NCBI GenBank assembly: GCA_002269645.1
Contig: NIVC01001965.1
Coordinates: forward strand, 22,855 to 86,854
Reading direction: 5' to 3'
Origin: Macrostomum lignano
Taxonomy: Eukaryota
DNA length: 64,000 nucleotides
Shown: piece by piece, positions 46,419-64,000 of the stretch
Layout of the letters: the number at the start of each line of letters is the position of its first letter
How positions within the stretch are numbered: the stretch's first letter is position 1
Notes under the pieces: model-generated
Database searches by the model: none
Seen by the model: only the letters and a program-made list of their open reading frames with translations
What the model was told of the DNA's origin: nothing
Program-made: the position numbers and the translations under genes

Positions 46419-47120
46419 AAATGAAATAGGTGAGGTAAAAGGCGTTTTATAGAAACGTATAGAATGACGCGATCAAAAGCGAGGCAGACGGTTCATTCAA
46501 GCGCTTCTTTTCGATTGACGCAAAAATTGAAGCAAAAATGATTGCGCGGAAGGAAAGCAAAGTGAAGACAGAAGACCGTACGAGCCGTAAGCACAGTTGA
46601 GTAGCCATTCATTTTAGAGTTGGACGCAAAGGGGTGCGCTGAGACCTCTCCGCGACAGTGCTGAGTTCGCCAAGCACCACCAGGGTGGGCAGCTGTCGGT
46701 GCATACGCGTAGAAAAGCCGGGCGTGCCGCTAGATGCGCCGATGGAGACTCCGTTGCCTCGTCGGTTGCCTTTCCCGCTGCTTTTAGCAGCCGCAGCATC
46801 CGCATTAGCAGAGCGCGGCTCACCGTTCATACCTAGGCAAGCTGATGACAAGCATTGCCCGGAGGTCGCGGCATATAGGCACCAAAGTGCAAATTTAACA
46901 GAACCAGAACAACAACAAACTTATGATTGCTACTGACAAACCCAATACAAGTAGTATGACTCTAAACATAATGGAGTAAAATGAAATAGGTGAGGTAGAA
47001 GGCGTTTAATAGCTCGTAGAAACGTCAATAGCGAGGCAGACGGTTCATTCGAGCGCTTCTTTTCGATTGTCGCATAAATTGAAGCAAAAATGATTGCGCG
47101 GAAGGAAAGCAAAGCAAAGA
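46419..47120. repeat. Pair of about 150-bp diverged direct repeats (46419-46570, 46979-47120)
   Basis: AAAATGAAATAGGTGAGGT...GCGAGGCAGACGGTTCATTC.AGCGCTTCTTTTCGATTG...GATTGCGCGGAAGGAAAGCAAAG occurs twice. Confidence 0.85.
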
Positions 47121-47634
47121 ATACTGCGCACTTTGAGTCCACAGCAGCAGCGCCTGATGATAATTTAGCTGAATGGTTGCAATTCGGCAACGTAAATTCT
47201 TCAGCTCGTGTGATGGCGCATTTCACTTCGGTAATCCCCAGGTCGGACAGAAGGGTTCAGCCGACATACTGATTGCTGTTGATAAATATTTTGTTGCAAG
47301 ACAGATTTGTGCTCTAAAAAAACAAAATCTGGTTACTGCGCATCGATAACTAATGTCTAGTGTCTAGTGTCTAGTGTCTAGTGATCCACGGGCTATTTAT
47401 TTTTACATTACTAGCGCGAAACTGAGGCTGGTGCAAAACGAGATTTAACAGTTTTATAGGTAACGCCCATGTGTCTCATAATTTATATTAAATTCCATTA
47501 GCATACAAAGAAAAAGGTTTCTGAATAATGAACTGCGTGAAAGTTGAAATGTAATGCTCTGCTTTACATTCGGTTTGATGCTGCTGATTTTCCCCAAATA
47601 TCGTCAGTTCTGTTTCAAGTCAGGTTAGAAAAGT

Positions 47635-52571
<4,937 letters not shown>

Positions 52572-53862
52572 TTTGTAGGAAATGCACCGGCCTCCGCTAT
52601 TTATGACCTTATCTTTTTCTTCAGAAGCTCGTCAGATTTTCTTTCTGTTTAGTTGTTCAATACGCTGAACAGATATGCGACTCTATCATGTAAAAGTTGA
52701 AATAAACGTTAAAATCCTTCGAAAAATTATAACTACATGTAACTCATTTTGTAGGACATTCTAAATGCTTCAATGATAATATTATAGCAAAAAATACTTT
52801 GATACTTGCAGTACGACTTTTTAAGATGAAAAAAGGGACGAAAGATAAGTCCAAGATCTGAAAAGTTCCGTTACACTAACAAACCGTGGTTCGACCATTG
52901 ATTCAATTTCAAAAAATGCAGAACTTTTACACTATTCATAATGCAATTAAACAAAAAGTAAAAAATCTTAAAAGTTAGCAAACAATATGCAGGAAAACTA
53001 CAATAAAAAAAACAGAATAAAACAGCAAAAAGTTAAAAATTCTGTTTTAATGTAGAAATTCGTTTTTTGATCCTAAATGTTTAAACTAAAATCTATCTCG
53101 TCTAAAATTTTTATCACAATAAATACATACAGGGGCCTACTTACTCGGAGCTAGACTCGAAGTTGAATCTGACACTGATGTCTGTTCGTCAATTTGACTC
53201 ATGATACGCAAGCACAATATCCAGTAATGTAGTAAATATCAAGCCAAGGAGCTTCAATTTAAGTACAGCGAAGGTTATTAATCCTACTCTCGATTTTCAA
53301 AGTCTAGCTAGCAGTAGCTCTATAAAAAGTAAACAAAGATTTATTTATAAACAAAGATAAGCCAAATGAGGAACAGCTAATAATGCATTTTTATTCGAAA
53401 CTTTAATTGCCACATTTTGTTTTCTAGGCCTACTTCCAACTCCAAGACTATAGAGAAAAACTAGCCCTGGGCCTAGTTTTAAAAGTAGCAGATTAGTGGA
53501 TTTCAGGCCGTGACAATTAGAGATTAGCTATACAGGCCTTGAGATAAGTGAACTACTACTACTACTACTATTACGACTACTACTGACTTCCAACTGAAGG
53601 TAGCCACGAAATTTTTTAAAAACTTAGTTTACTTTAAGCTAAATACAAAATTTATTTTGCTAGGCCTTATTAAAGTTAGGCCTAGGCTTTTTATTTTCTA
53701 GTTGTGATTGTGATTGAATAAATAATTCTAAAATAACTGCAATGGATCATATGCTTTCTTATAAGTTTGTTTTTACTGTTATAAAATTATTGTTCTATAC
53801 TAATATATAGGGCCTATACAAAAAAAGGTTTTTTAGGGCCTAGATAGCAACCTTTTAAGAAT

Positions 53863-54243
53863 GGTAGTTGTTATTTGTCTGGTGACCAGATGAATAGCAA
53901 TGTGGTTATTTGTCTGGTTACTAGTAAAATTGATAATGCTAAAATATCTAGTTCATAAAAACCATAAGGGTAAATATTTCTAGACTACAAAGACTTCTTA
54001 CTCGTATCTTGATTATATCGTTATACTAGTGTGTCTTATACACCAAATTATGCCAAATCGAATACACTGCTTTGCTTACACCAAAGTAATACAAGAAAAT
54101 ATTAATCAGTATACGAGAAAAGGTCTTAAAAATCTAGAATATTCATCACAAAACAAATAATTGTAAGATATTTGTGTTAGCAATTTAACCAGACAAATAG
54201 CAAAAAGGCTATTCATCTGGTCACCAGACAAATAACAACTGCC
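53863..54243. mobile_element. MITE, Mutator-like, 381 bp
   Basis: TIR GG(T/C)AGTTGTTATTTGTCTGGTGACCAGATGAATAGC at both ends; 9-bp TSD TTTAAGAAT (53854-53862, 54244-54252). Confidence 0.85.
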
Positions 54244-54905
54244 TTTAAGAATTAGGCCCAACTTTATTAAGAATAGATAGCATTAAGTGTTCAGATTTAA
54301 GACTAATATTAATAAGCTTTTTAACCTAGCTTCTATTCTAAATTAGTGATAGATTGGAATATTTGGATTTATTTTTTTTCCAAATTTCTAAATATGCTTC
54401 TAAATATGAAAAAAATCAAGAAACCTTAAAGAAGTAAGACTTTTGAAACAAGAAAATATATGATGAAACAAATATGCAACATTTTATGTTATGTTGTTCA
54501 TTTTAATTTTTTTAAAATGCAAATGCATTGACCTACACTATATTATAGGGGCTTTAGTGAGATTTTGAAAGTTCTAAATTTCTAATTTTTTACTATCTAG
54601 TATGATAGATCTTGTTTGTATGAGAAAAATACATCTCACTTTTGAATTTAGATGAAAAATAAAAAAATGAAGTAAATTTTGTCATTTTTTTTCTTTATCC
54701 AATTTTTATATATGATTGTGATTTTATACCTCATTCTTTTACATTTTTTCTCTAGTTTAAAAATTTTTATGTTTAATTACATGTTCTCTCATATTTTTCA
54801 TTTGTATTCTTACACTTTATACTTACTACTTGCCTATCAAATAATTGTTTTAACCTGCCTACATGTGCACCAAATGTTAAAACATGCTTATTTGTTAATT
54901 GGTAT

Positions 54906-54961
54906 TGTGATAGTTTGGCCTGCGTGCACGCTGGGGATGGGGCTAGGTAGAGTTGTTTTGA

Positions 54962-54993
<32 letters not shown>

Positions 54994-55134
54994 CATGTAC
55001 TTGCTAGCGCGGGTTGGGGGGTGCGGTGAGTATGCTGATCAATATCAAATAGTTTAATATAAAGCAGGCTTTTTAGCTGGTAAAGTTTTTCGTGCTTTGG
55101 AGCCAAAATAAAGTTTTGTCTTGACTTTATTTCA
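54906..55134 (+). repeat. Putative 5' LTR of the Gypsy element
   Basis: TG...CA, TATAAA and AATAAA (55107), followed by PBS-like TGGTGATGAGGATGG (55136-55150) and gag. No partner LTR found in the window. Confidence 0.5.
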
Positions 55135-55137
55135 CTG

Positions 55138-56860
55138 GTGATGAGGATGGCCACTGGGCCACTGTGTAGCATAGGGCCGTTTGAGCCTGAGATGGAGGAC
55201 TGGTCGCAATACAAGGAGCACATTGAACAAGTGTTCATTGCAAACGAAATCAAAAGCAAAGAGAAGAAGCGAGCGGTATTCCTCAGCGTGTGCGGCAAGG
55301 ACACCTATAGGCTTGTCACCAGTCTTCTGGCCCCAGTTAAGCCTTCAGAGGCTTCCTTTGCTAACATCTGCAAAAAGCTTGACGATCACTGGGACCCAAA
55401 GCTGTCAGAGATTGTGCAAAGGTTCCACTTTTACCAGCGCATTCGAGAGAGCTCGGAGTCTGTGGCCGACTTCCTGGCGACACTGCGGCATTTGGCTGTC
55501 CACTGCAACTTCGGTAACAGCTTGAGCACCATGCTGAGAGATTGTCTGGTGCTTGGCATCCAGGATGATCGCATACAGCGCAGACTCCTGTCCGAGACAG
55601 AGTTGGACCTGGACAGAGCACTGGCAATCTACAGGTGCTACAGGTGTCTGTCAGCGAAACACCTGGCGGCGAAGTGCCCATTCATGAAGAATGCCTGTTT
55701 CAAGTGCGGCAAGATGGGGCACACTGCTGCAGCCTGTCAAGGAGGCGCGGATTCGGCTGGAGCTGAGCCGCAGTCGCAAGTCGCCGCTATGGAGGAGGAT
55801 AGCCAAGACGCCAAGACTGCAGCTCCCTGAACACCTTGCCCAGTGCAGCTGCCAAGGTACCGCCGTACATCACCACGGTCCTGCTCAACGGAGTGTCCTG
55901 CCAGATGGAGATGGACACGGGCGCGGCCGTATTGCTGATATCGGCTAGAGCCTATCATGACCTGCTGGGCGGGGCTCCTGAGCTCGAGCGGACCCCGATT
56001 CGACTGCGGAACTACTGTGGACAGCCGGTCAGCGTACTCAGTCAGATCAGCGTGTCTGCAGAGATTCCAGGTAAAGCCAAGCAGCTTCTTCCTCTTCTAG
56101 TGGTATCTGGATCTGGTTCCAGCCTCATTGGTAGGAACTGGCTGGCTGTGCTGCTGTTGAATTGGGGAAGCGTCAAGCAGCTGCACGAAGCGTCGGCTCC
56201 AAAGGATCAGCAAGTGCAGAAGTTGCTAGAGAGGTTCAGCCCCATTTTCTCGAGTGGCCTCGGCTGCTACATGGGTGAACCTCTGAAACTACGAGTGAAG
56301 CCCGGGGCGCGACCCAAGTTCATGATGGCGCGGCAGGTACCTTTCGCTTTGAAGTCCAAAATGGAAGAGCAGCTTGAGCGGGAGATCCAGCAAGGCATTC
56401 TGCGGCTGGTCTCCGATTCGGAGTATGCGTCCCCAATCGTGCCGGTGCTGAAGTCGGACAGCTCCGTCAGAATCTGCGCAGATTTCAAGTGCACGGTAAA
56501 CCAGGACGTGGAGATGGACTGCTACCCGCTGCCAAGGATTGAGGAGTTGTTCGCCAAGCTCACTGGCGGCCAAAATTTCACCAAGCTGGACCTCAGCCAG
56601 GCATACATGCAGCTTCCGCTCGACGAAGAGTCTCAGCGCCTGTGCACCATCAACACCTCGAAGGGTTTGCTGAGGTATACAAGGCTACCGTTTGGAATCT
56701 CACCAGCAGTTGGAATCTTCCAGAGAACCATGGACGGCCTGCTGCATGGTGCACAGCATACGGCAACCTTTATTGATAACGTGTTGGTGACCGGCGCCGA
56801 TGACGCTGAGCACCTCGAGAATCTGGAGACCGTCCTGCAGCGCCTGAAGGATGCCGGGCT
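55138..56860 (+). mobile_element. Degenerate Gypsy retrotransposon gag-pol (gag, protease, RT N-half)
   Basis: Gag FEPEMEDWSQYKE...KRAVFLSVCG...SESVADF..LRHLAVHCNFG..MLRDCLVLG with knuckle CFKCGKMGHTAAAC; protease MDTGA; RT RICADFK, LDLSQAY, RLPFG, FIDNVLV. Stop/frameshift at about 55830. Confidence 0.92.
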
Positions 56861-59800
56861 AGTGGACTGGTGTATCACCGTAAAGTCCGCAGGGGGGAGA
56901 CGGGCAACTCAATTGTCCTCGGCCTTTCCAGCACTTGGGCAAGTCGGTACCCTAATGGATCCTCTTTCCAGCTGGGTGCCCTCAAGCTCAAGATGCGCCG
57001 AGGAAAGTCTGCCAAAGGGAAGGCTACTGCCAACCCCGGCATCTCCGGCAAGAGTGGTGCGCAGTCTAAGGCCCAAGGAAAGGCGCAAGCCGATCCCAAA
57101 GCCAAAGCTGCATCTCGCCCCTCTGCTAGCAGCAGTTCGGCGACCGCGGTAATGGCTCTGGCCAAGCCCCGGGAACCAAACCTGCCAGTCGGAGAAGGAG
57201 TTGAGGACGAGGCCGGGTCTTCGGAATCTGAGCTCTCCTCGGCCACCCTGGTGGGGTCTGAAGGTAAAGATGCAGGTGAGGAAGCTTCCTCCATCCTGTC
57301 ATTAGAGCCTGAGGACTCTGCTGGGGGGGCCGGTGGGGGTGAGGAGGCCATGGACGTCAACCAACTCCCATCTCCCAGTCAAGCCCCAGCGGCCTGGGAC
57401 GAGGACAATCTGTTGTCCAAGTCTCCTTGATGGCCCTGGGCTCTAGCCAGAAATTGCATTTAATACAGTATGACTAAGCTCTACACTGCCAAAGGAGTGA
57501 CATTCTGTCTGCAAATTAATTTACAGCATTGCGTATCTGCGTCAGTAAATCTGATGAAGATTGCTGAGCTGTACAGGCCAGGCCTCATCCTGATCCAGGA
57601 ACCCTGGATGCGCAATGGTAAGTTGCCCAACATTCCCTCTGGCTACTCTGATTTTTATGTGTGTGGCCCGGGGAACAGCCGCCCTAGAGCGGCTATCCTC
57701 GCTGCTAGCCATCTCCAGGCTTGGCTGAGGACTGATCTCTCTGATAGAGACCTTTGTGTCATCCAATCTAATCATTTCTCTCCGCGTACGTGTCTTGTTG
57801 CCTCGGTTTATATCCCAGGCGACAGAGACCCTGCTCCTGAGAGTTTACTGTGCCTCGCGCAATACTGCGAGTCCCAGAATGCTGAGCTGTGCTTAGGGGG
57901 CGACCTCAACGCGCACCACAAGCACTGGGGCAGCAAAGATACTAACACTAGAGGAGAGGAGCTTCTGGCCCTCATCTCTAACACAAACCTCATGCTCTGC
58001 AACCGCGGCAGCACTCCTACCTTTAATAATGGCAGATGGACCAAGGTCCTCGACGCCACACTTGTTACTCCAAGACTCTTTGACAGAGTTGAGGAGTGGA
58101 GAGTCTGGTCTGAGGAGCCCTCCCTGTCTGACCATTGCTTTATCGCCTTTAACATTGCGGACACTAAAACCCAGTCTCCGATCACTTGGAGACGCAATAT
58201 CCGCAACACTGATTGGGCGGCCTACAAGGCTGCCCTTGATCTGCACCTGCAGGAACTCACGGACTTATGTCCAATTGAGACCTGCGAGGATGTGGATCAT
58301 ATGGCTAAGACGCTGACAGGTTGCATTATTGAAGCCTACGAAGCGGCTTGTCCTGCTCGCGCCTACAAAGGCAAGACCTTGGCGCCGTGGTGGAACCCAG
58401 AGCTGGGGAAACTCAGGCGGAAGGCCAAAAGCCTTCATCGCCGTGCCATGAAGACCGGAAACCCGGAGGACATGGAGCTTTTCCAGCAAGCCTCCCGCAA
58501 TTTCAAATCTGAAGTGTGCAAGGCCAAGGAATGTAAGTGGCGCCAATTCTGCAATGAATTGGATCAAGACAGACCTACTTCTAGGCTTGTCAAGGCCCTT
58601 ACAATGGACAAAATGTCCAAATTAGCCATGATCAAAAAAGATGATGGCTCTCTTACTAAAGACCCTGAAGAAGTGCTTTAGCATATGCTTAGCACATTCT
58701 TCCCGAGGGTACCTACTGCTAGACCGGAGCCCAACCATTCAATGGATGGAGCCACCCTAGCGGCGGGCATTGTCACTGAAGACCTAATCGCTCATGCGGT
58801 CAGAACCTTCAAACCTTTCAAATCTCCTGGACCTGATGATATCTACCCTGTTCTCCTTCGTGAAGCAGCCAAGATACCCTCGTTCCTGAGACTCACCCGC
58901 AATCTTATGCAGGCCTCTATCCAGCTGGGATACATTCCCAAATGCTGGACTGAAGCTTGGGTAGTCTTTATTCCCAAACCTGGGAAGGGTGACTACCAAA
59001 GCGTCAAGGCCTTCCGGCCTATTAGCTTAACGTCAGCAATGCTTAAGCTCACTGAGAGGCTTATTCTCTGGCGGCTGCTGTCCTGCGAGCTGACAACGAT
59101 GCCCCTCAGCAATAATCAGCACGCCTTCCATACCGGGAGGTCGACTGACAGCGCCCTGCATGCGATTGTCGAGAAGATTGAAAGGGCGGTACTGGGTGAC
59201 GATTACGCTCTGGCTCTCTTTCTTGACATTGTTGGTGCCTTCGACAACGTTATCTTTGAAGCGTTTCAGAGGGCCCTTCAAAATCGCAAAGCTCATGCTA
59301 CCCTCATACGGTGGATCATGTACATGATCTCCAACCGTACAGTCACTGCCCAACTTCTTGGGCAAACTGCCTCCACCAGAGTCTGTAAGGGTGGACCCCA
59401 AGGCGGAGTCCTCACCCCGATGCTCTGGAACCTGGTCATGGACGCTCTTTTGAGTGACTCCCAACCCGACCCCGTCTTCAAAGTCGGGTATGCTGATGAC
59501 ATCATGGCCATTGTGGCAGGACCATCTCCCAGCACGCTCAGGGATCTAATGCAGAGCTTTATCCGCAAAGCAGAATCCTGGGCCAATGACAATGGTCTGG
59601 AACTCTCTGAGCCCAAAACCGTTGCCATTATGTTTACCAGCAGACTACGCTGGAACATACGTCCTCTGCAGCTCTACGGCAGAGATATTGCCTTCGTGCA
59701 CCAGACCAGATGTCTTGGGGTCATACTTGACCACCGGCTCAACTGGTCCTCCCACGTGAAAGCAAAAGCCAAGCGTGCCTCAGCCATCCTGGCCCAGCTC

Positions 59801-61307
59801 CGACGAGCACTTGGCACTTCTTGGGGTCTATCCCCAAAGCAGCTTTGGTGGATCTATACTTCCGTAGTTAGACCTGCCATTACGTACGCCTCTGTTGTCT
59901 GGGTTAGCGCTACCCAGGTCAAAAGCCATGCAGACCTGCTCAACACGATCCAAGGCAGAGCGTGTAGGCTCATCTGCAACGCCACTAGGTCCATGCCCTT
60001 TGCTGGCATGGGGGCCTTCCTTAATCTTCCGCCTCTTGACCTCTTCATCAGGGGTGAGGCGGCTAGAACGACGCGGCGTCTAATTGATGCCGGCGTCAAA
60101 TTCATTTACATGAGAGCACCTGCTAAGCGGAACCTTGTCCCGCATAGCGATCTGTGCCTCAACTTTCTCAACGAGTGTCAGGCCAATCGCATCTTCACCA
60201 ATGGCATTGCCTCAATGCTCAACCTGAGACAGCGCTACTCCGTAGCTATTGACTCGCGCGATAACATCAATGACCATTGGAACCCTGGTGAGCTTCATTG
60301 CTACACCGACGGTTCTAAGCAGTCAGCCAACACCGGCTTTGGTGTTGGAATCTTTCTGAACAGGAGGGTCATCGCTACCCACACTCAATACACTGGGGTC
60401 AACTCCAGTGTTTTCCAAAATGAAGTTCTGGCCATCAGCTCCTGCACTGCAGAGCTTCTCGCCACTGGCGTTATCGGTAAGAACATCATTTTCTATTCGG
60501 ACAGCCAAGCTGCCTTGCACGCCATCAGTGGCTGCAGCACCAACTCTGCTACAGTCCTTGACTGTATCAAACTCCTAAATGTGTTGGGTTCCGCCAACAA
60601 AATTACCCTTAAGTGGGTTCCGGGGCATGTGGGGATCCGAGGAAATGAGTTGGCTGACACCCTTGCAAAAGTTGGTGCCTCCGGCTCCTCTCTCGGCCCC
60701 GAACCTCTTGTCCCAATTCCTTGCTGTGTCATCGACTTGCACATCAAAGTGTGGATCAGGACTCAGCACCACTCGACTTGGGCGAACCGCACAAATTGCA
60801 GGCAATCCAGAGGCGCTGTCCCTCAGCCCTCTCACCAGCTCCGGAAGCTCCTCTTGCGCCTCTCGCGCAGAGACATCCGGGCTGCCACCATGACCCTCTC
60901 TGGTCACGGCTGCTTCTCCAGGCACCAGCACCTGCAGGGCAACGCCACCAACGCCACCTGTAGCTTCTGCAACTCAGGTGACAAAACCGCTGAGCATTTC
61001 GTCAGCATCTGTCCCGCCTTCACGCGGGCCAGACTCACTTACCTTGGGGCCACACACATCTATTACTGAAGTGTGCAAACCCGAAAACTTTAATCAGCTC
61101 ATGCGCTACCTTCGGGCCACCCGCAGGGCTGAACTATCCTTTCCAGAGAGCACCATAGCTGCTGGTGACACTGGGGGACCTCCCTGGGCGGCGCCAACCC
61201 TCCGTCCATAGCGACGCATCGGCCGTTCAGGGACTAGCGGAATAGGCGCCCGCGCCTTCCCGCTGTGTCCCCTCCGGGACAGCCCTGCAGCTAAGTCAAG
61301 TAAGTAA
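56861..61307 (+). mobile_element. 5'-truncated LINE (LOA/R1-group-like): ORF1 C-terminus plus APE-RT-RNase H ORF2
   Basis: 8-bp TSD GCCGGGCT (56853-56860, 61308-61315); (TAAG)n tail. ORF2 has QINLQH, ILIQEPW, GDLNAH, SDH, RPISL, LDIVGAFD, PQGGVL, YADD, YTDGSK, SDSQAAL, WVPGH, GNELAD and C-terminal CSFC...EHF..C. Confidence 0.95.
57470..61069 (+). pseudogene. LINE ORF2 (endonuclease-RT-RNase H) with one in-frame TAG (58679-58681) and a terminal frameshift (~61045)
   Basis: ORFs 57470-58681 and 58685-61069 are in the same frame; the expected C-terminal ...NQLMRYLRATRR lies in another frame. Confidence 0.9.
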
Positions 61308-61315
61308 GCCGGGCT

Positions 61316-61390
61316 GAAGTGCCGGCTTGACAAATGCTGCTTCATGGAGAATTCGGTGACCTATTTGGGGCATCAGATTGACGCCCAGGG
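61316..61390 (+). mobile_element. Continuation of the Gypsy RT after the LINE
   Basis: Removing the LINE restores DAGL|KCRLDKCCFMENSVTYLGHQIDAQG in frame. Confidence 0.9.
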
Positions 61391-61499
61391 CCTACAGAAC
61401 CTGAAAAGCACTTGAAATCTTGAAAGCACTTGCAAGACAAAAGCAACAGAACTTGCAAAAAAAAAAGAAAAACCCAACACCCAAAAAAACTGTCAGTCT

Positions 61500-61897
61500 T
61501 TGTCAGATCAAGTTCACTCGTAGGTCAGTCGATCCGGTGCCCTTGTAGTCCTCTCCAAACGCTGCAGCATCGGGGGTGGCAGCAGCGGCGGCGCCGGCGG
61601 CGGCAGCGGGGGCGGTGGCGCTTCAGACGTTGTCACTGACGGAGTCAGAAGCTGTGGCGCCGCCCCACCTGACTGAGCCAATCCTGCCGCTTGCTCAGGT
61701 GAGATTGTCGTCGGAACCAGGTGGTCGCAAGCCGCCGCACAATGCACTCATCGGGCAGGCGGCACTTGTAGGACAGCGGCCCGGTCTGGCGGCTCACGGA
61801 GGCCGGCGCCCACTTCTCCAGACCATTAAAGTCGCGCACCAAGACACCGTCGCCTTCTTCGAAGTTGTGATCCCTGGCTTTCCTCAGGCGATCCTCA
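61500..61897 (-). mobile_element. Inverted Gypsy integrase C-terminal fragment
   Basis: FEEGDGVLVRDF...KWAPASVSRQTGPLSYKC..., then PPP-rich linker and RLERTTRAPDRL*. Confidence 0.75.
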
Positions 61898-64000
61898 GGC
61901 CTACAGAACCTGAGAAGCACTTGAAATCCTTAAATACTTTGTAATTATGTACAATTAAGAAGAAATAGACATGTATTCTGTTTTTTGCCATTCAAAATGA
62001 TGCAAATGTCTTAAAACTGTTATTCACTTGTTAATGTAGTAGGTACTCTAGGCTCTAAGCACAGAAAAATGCAGCTTATTATGAAAATGGCACTTATTCT
62101 ATCATGTTCTTCAATAAATTCTATATTAGAAAATCCATGGCCAGATCACAGATTTTGACATTGCCCATTTGAAAAAGTGAAACAAAGTAAATAAATATGA
62201 CTTTTGGTGGAATCTGAAACTTAAGAAAAAAATGGTCCTAAAATAGCCTTTTTGTATGTAGAATGTAGTTGAAATCACGATTTTATATAAAAATGTATTG
62301 TTTCTTAGAAAAATTAAAATATGAAACATTATTTTTATGACAGTCACAGTTGCAAAATTCTCTCAAAAATTGTGAAACTTTACTCCAATGTAACTTTTGT
62401 CAAATTTATCCAATCAATCTAGATTTTAAAGCATTTTTATTGCTCTTTTAAAATGTATTTACTCATTATTTGTATTCTATATTATATTACTTTTTTGCAT
62501 TTATAAACAGCACTGTTTTGGTCATATTTTGCATTTTTAATTCACACCACAATCTCATTAGAGTCCCTACTTATAGTAAAGTTTTCAAATTGCACAAATG
62601 TAACATTAGTTGGTATTAGTATTGATAATTAGAATTAGCTAGATTAGTTGTATAAAGATTAAGTTCAATTCAAACCTATTTACTCTTTATTAAATTTTAA
62701 TTCTTGCAATTCATTTGAAGAGTAGACTAGTTATTTTTTTAGATAACTCATTAAATAACAAGATATTATTGTTACTTCAAAATATTATAGTTACTCCCAC
62801 CATTTACCTTTTACTTTTTGCTTACATTTGGAAACACATTTGGATATTTGGATTTACATTTGGAATCTAAATTTGGATTTGGTTTTAGAAACTTGCAAAA
62901 ATCAACATTTGCTCTATTATTATTCTAAATATAATAAATTGTTTGACCTTTTGCTTTAGACCTTAATATAAAAGTAAAATGATTAGGAATAATATATATA
63001 AGTGATTTTTTATATCATTGACCTTATTTTTTCTTAAATATAATTTATTAGTATATAAAATTTATACAAATTAATATTAATAGAGGCATATAAAATCTCA
63101 ATGAGATAAGATTCAAGTTAAGGTCTCAATTTTTCTTGTCTCAAGAAATCTCTTAAGTTTCTTGAAAAAAATTCAAAACAAGATTCAATAATTTTTTTAA
63201 TATTTACATTTAAAATGGGGGATGAGAAATAAAAAGACAAATTTTTTTTATAAATATACCTGTTTGTTGTATTATGCTTAATATACATGTGCAACTTTTG
63301 ATTTACACTGGCCATGAAATTTAATTTTTGATCAAAATGCAAATTACCTACATATGTTTTAGCATGTATGATAATCGTAAGGTAAATTTTAAAAAAATCA
63401 AGTTCTGGCTAATGTTAGGCAGTTTTAGTCAATTAAAAACATGGTTATATATGTATTATTTTGGTTTGTGACAAGGTATATAATAGCAGATCAACAAAAT
63501 CTAAAAATGAATTTTAGAATTGCATCTTGTCTTGTATTGTCTTGAATCTTGTCTCAAATAAAATCTAAAATTTTGATAGCTCAGTATTAATTTTTATTAA
63601 CTTAATTAAACTGATATTATAATAATACTATATTCTGGAAGATGTAGTGAATGCTATCATTTTCTGTTGTACATTCTAAAACCTCCGCATGCATGGCATA
63701 CAAAAGGAAAAAGTATAATTTTCAACGTGCACAAAAGTCTTTGTGGTTATTGATTTTTTGCCATAAGTATTTGTCAATAGACAAATATTGTAAAAATGTT
63801 TTTTTTTGGAGTTTAATTTTTTAATTAGGAAAGGAAATAGAAAAATAGTAACATTCTAAAATGAGATATTGTTCCGATTTTGGTCTACAATTCTTAAGCA
63901 GTAAATTGTGGTATTTACATATGCCTTATGTTGTTGGTTTAGAGAGACAGCAAGTGCTAATCCATACTGCTTCAGTGTTTCTAAACCTCCAATCGATTCC

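Noticed and set aside
46419-47120. LTR pair of a TRIM element
   Set aside because: No TG...CA termini, PBS, PPT or TSD could be identified.
54679-55029. Hydrophobic 116-aa ORF (and similar AT-rich ORFs at 62126-62347 and 63118-63342)
   Set aside because: TTG or weak starts, T-rich compositional artefacts with no motif.
61576-61944. Plus-strand Ala-rich ORF
   Set aside because: It is the antisense reading of the inverted integrase fragment.

Overview
This is eukaryotic (metazoan) genomic DNA, not prokaryotic. GC-rich exons are split by GT-AG introns, most of which carry their own minisatellite. That architecture resembles the free-living flatworm Macrostomum, but the taxon is my inference and was not verified. 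Host genes I can reconstruct: an F-box/LRR gene (-), RNA polymerase II subunit RPB3 (-), PCMTD1/2 (+), three paralogous S10 serine carboxypeptidases with hydrophobic C-tails (-, one frameshifted) and SLC38A9 (-, 8 exons). There is also a decayed EGFR/insulin-receptor-like (furin + L-domain) exon and some orphan exons. Mobile DNA: (1) a young 5.6-kb non-autonomous Gypsy-type LTR element with 778-bp LTRs, TATA TSD, tRNA-Leu PBS, short gag, decayed pol and an intact 321-aa ORF of unknown function; (2) a degenerate Gypsy element whose RT is split by a 4.4-kb APE-RT-RNaseH LINE with an 8-bp TSD; (3) a decayed RTE LINE; (4) a second Gypsy pol fragment; (5) two MITEs with TTA and 9-bp TSDs. About 25 tandem arrays are present. 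I found no rRNA, tRNA gene or CRISPR array. The most unusual items are the triplicated LTR-end/PBS module inside the LTR, the orphan ORF3 of the pol-less element, the patchwork homogenisation of the carboxypeptidase paralogs, and intronic minisatellites whose units resemble the adjacent splice site. All coordinates were derived by eye; array ends are approximate.
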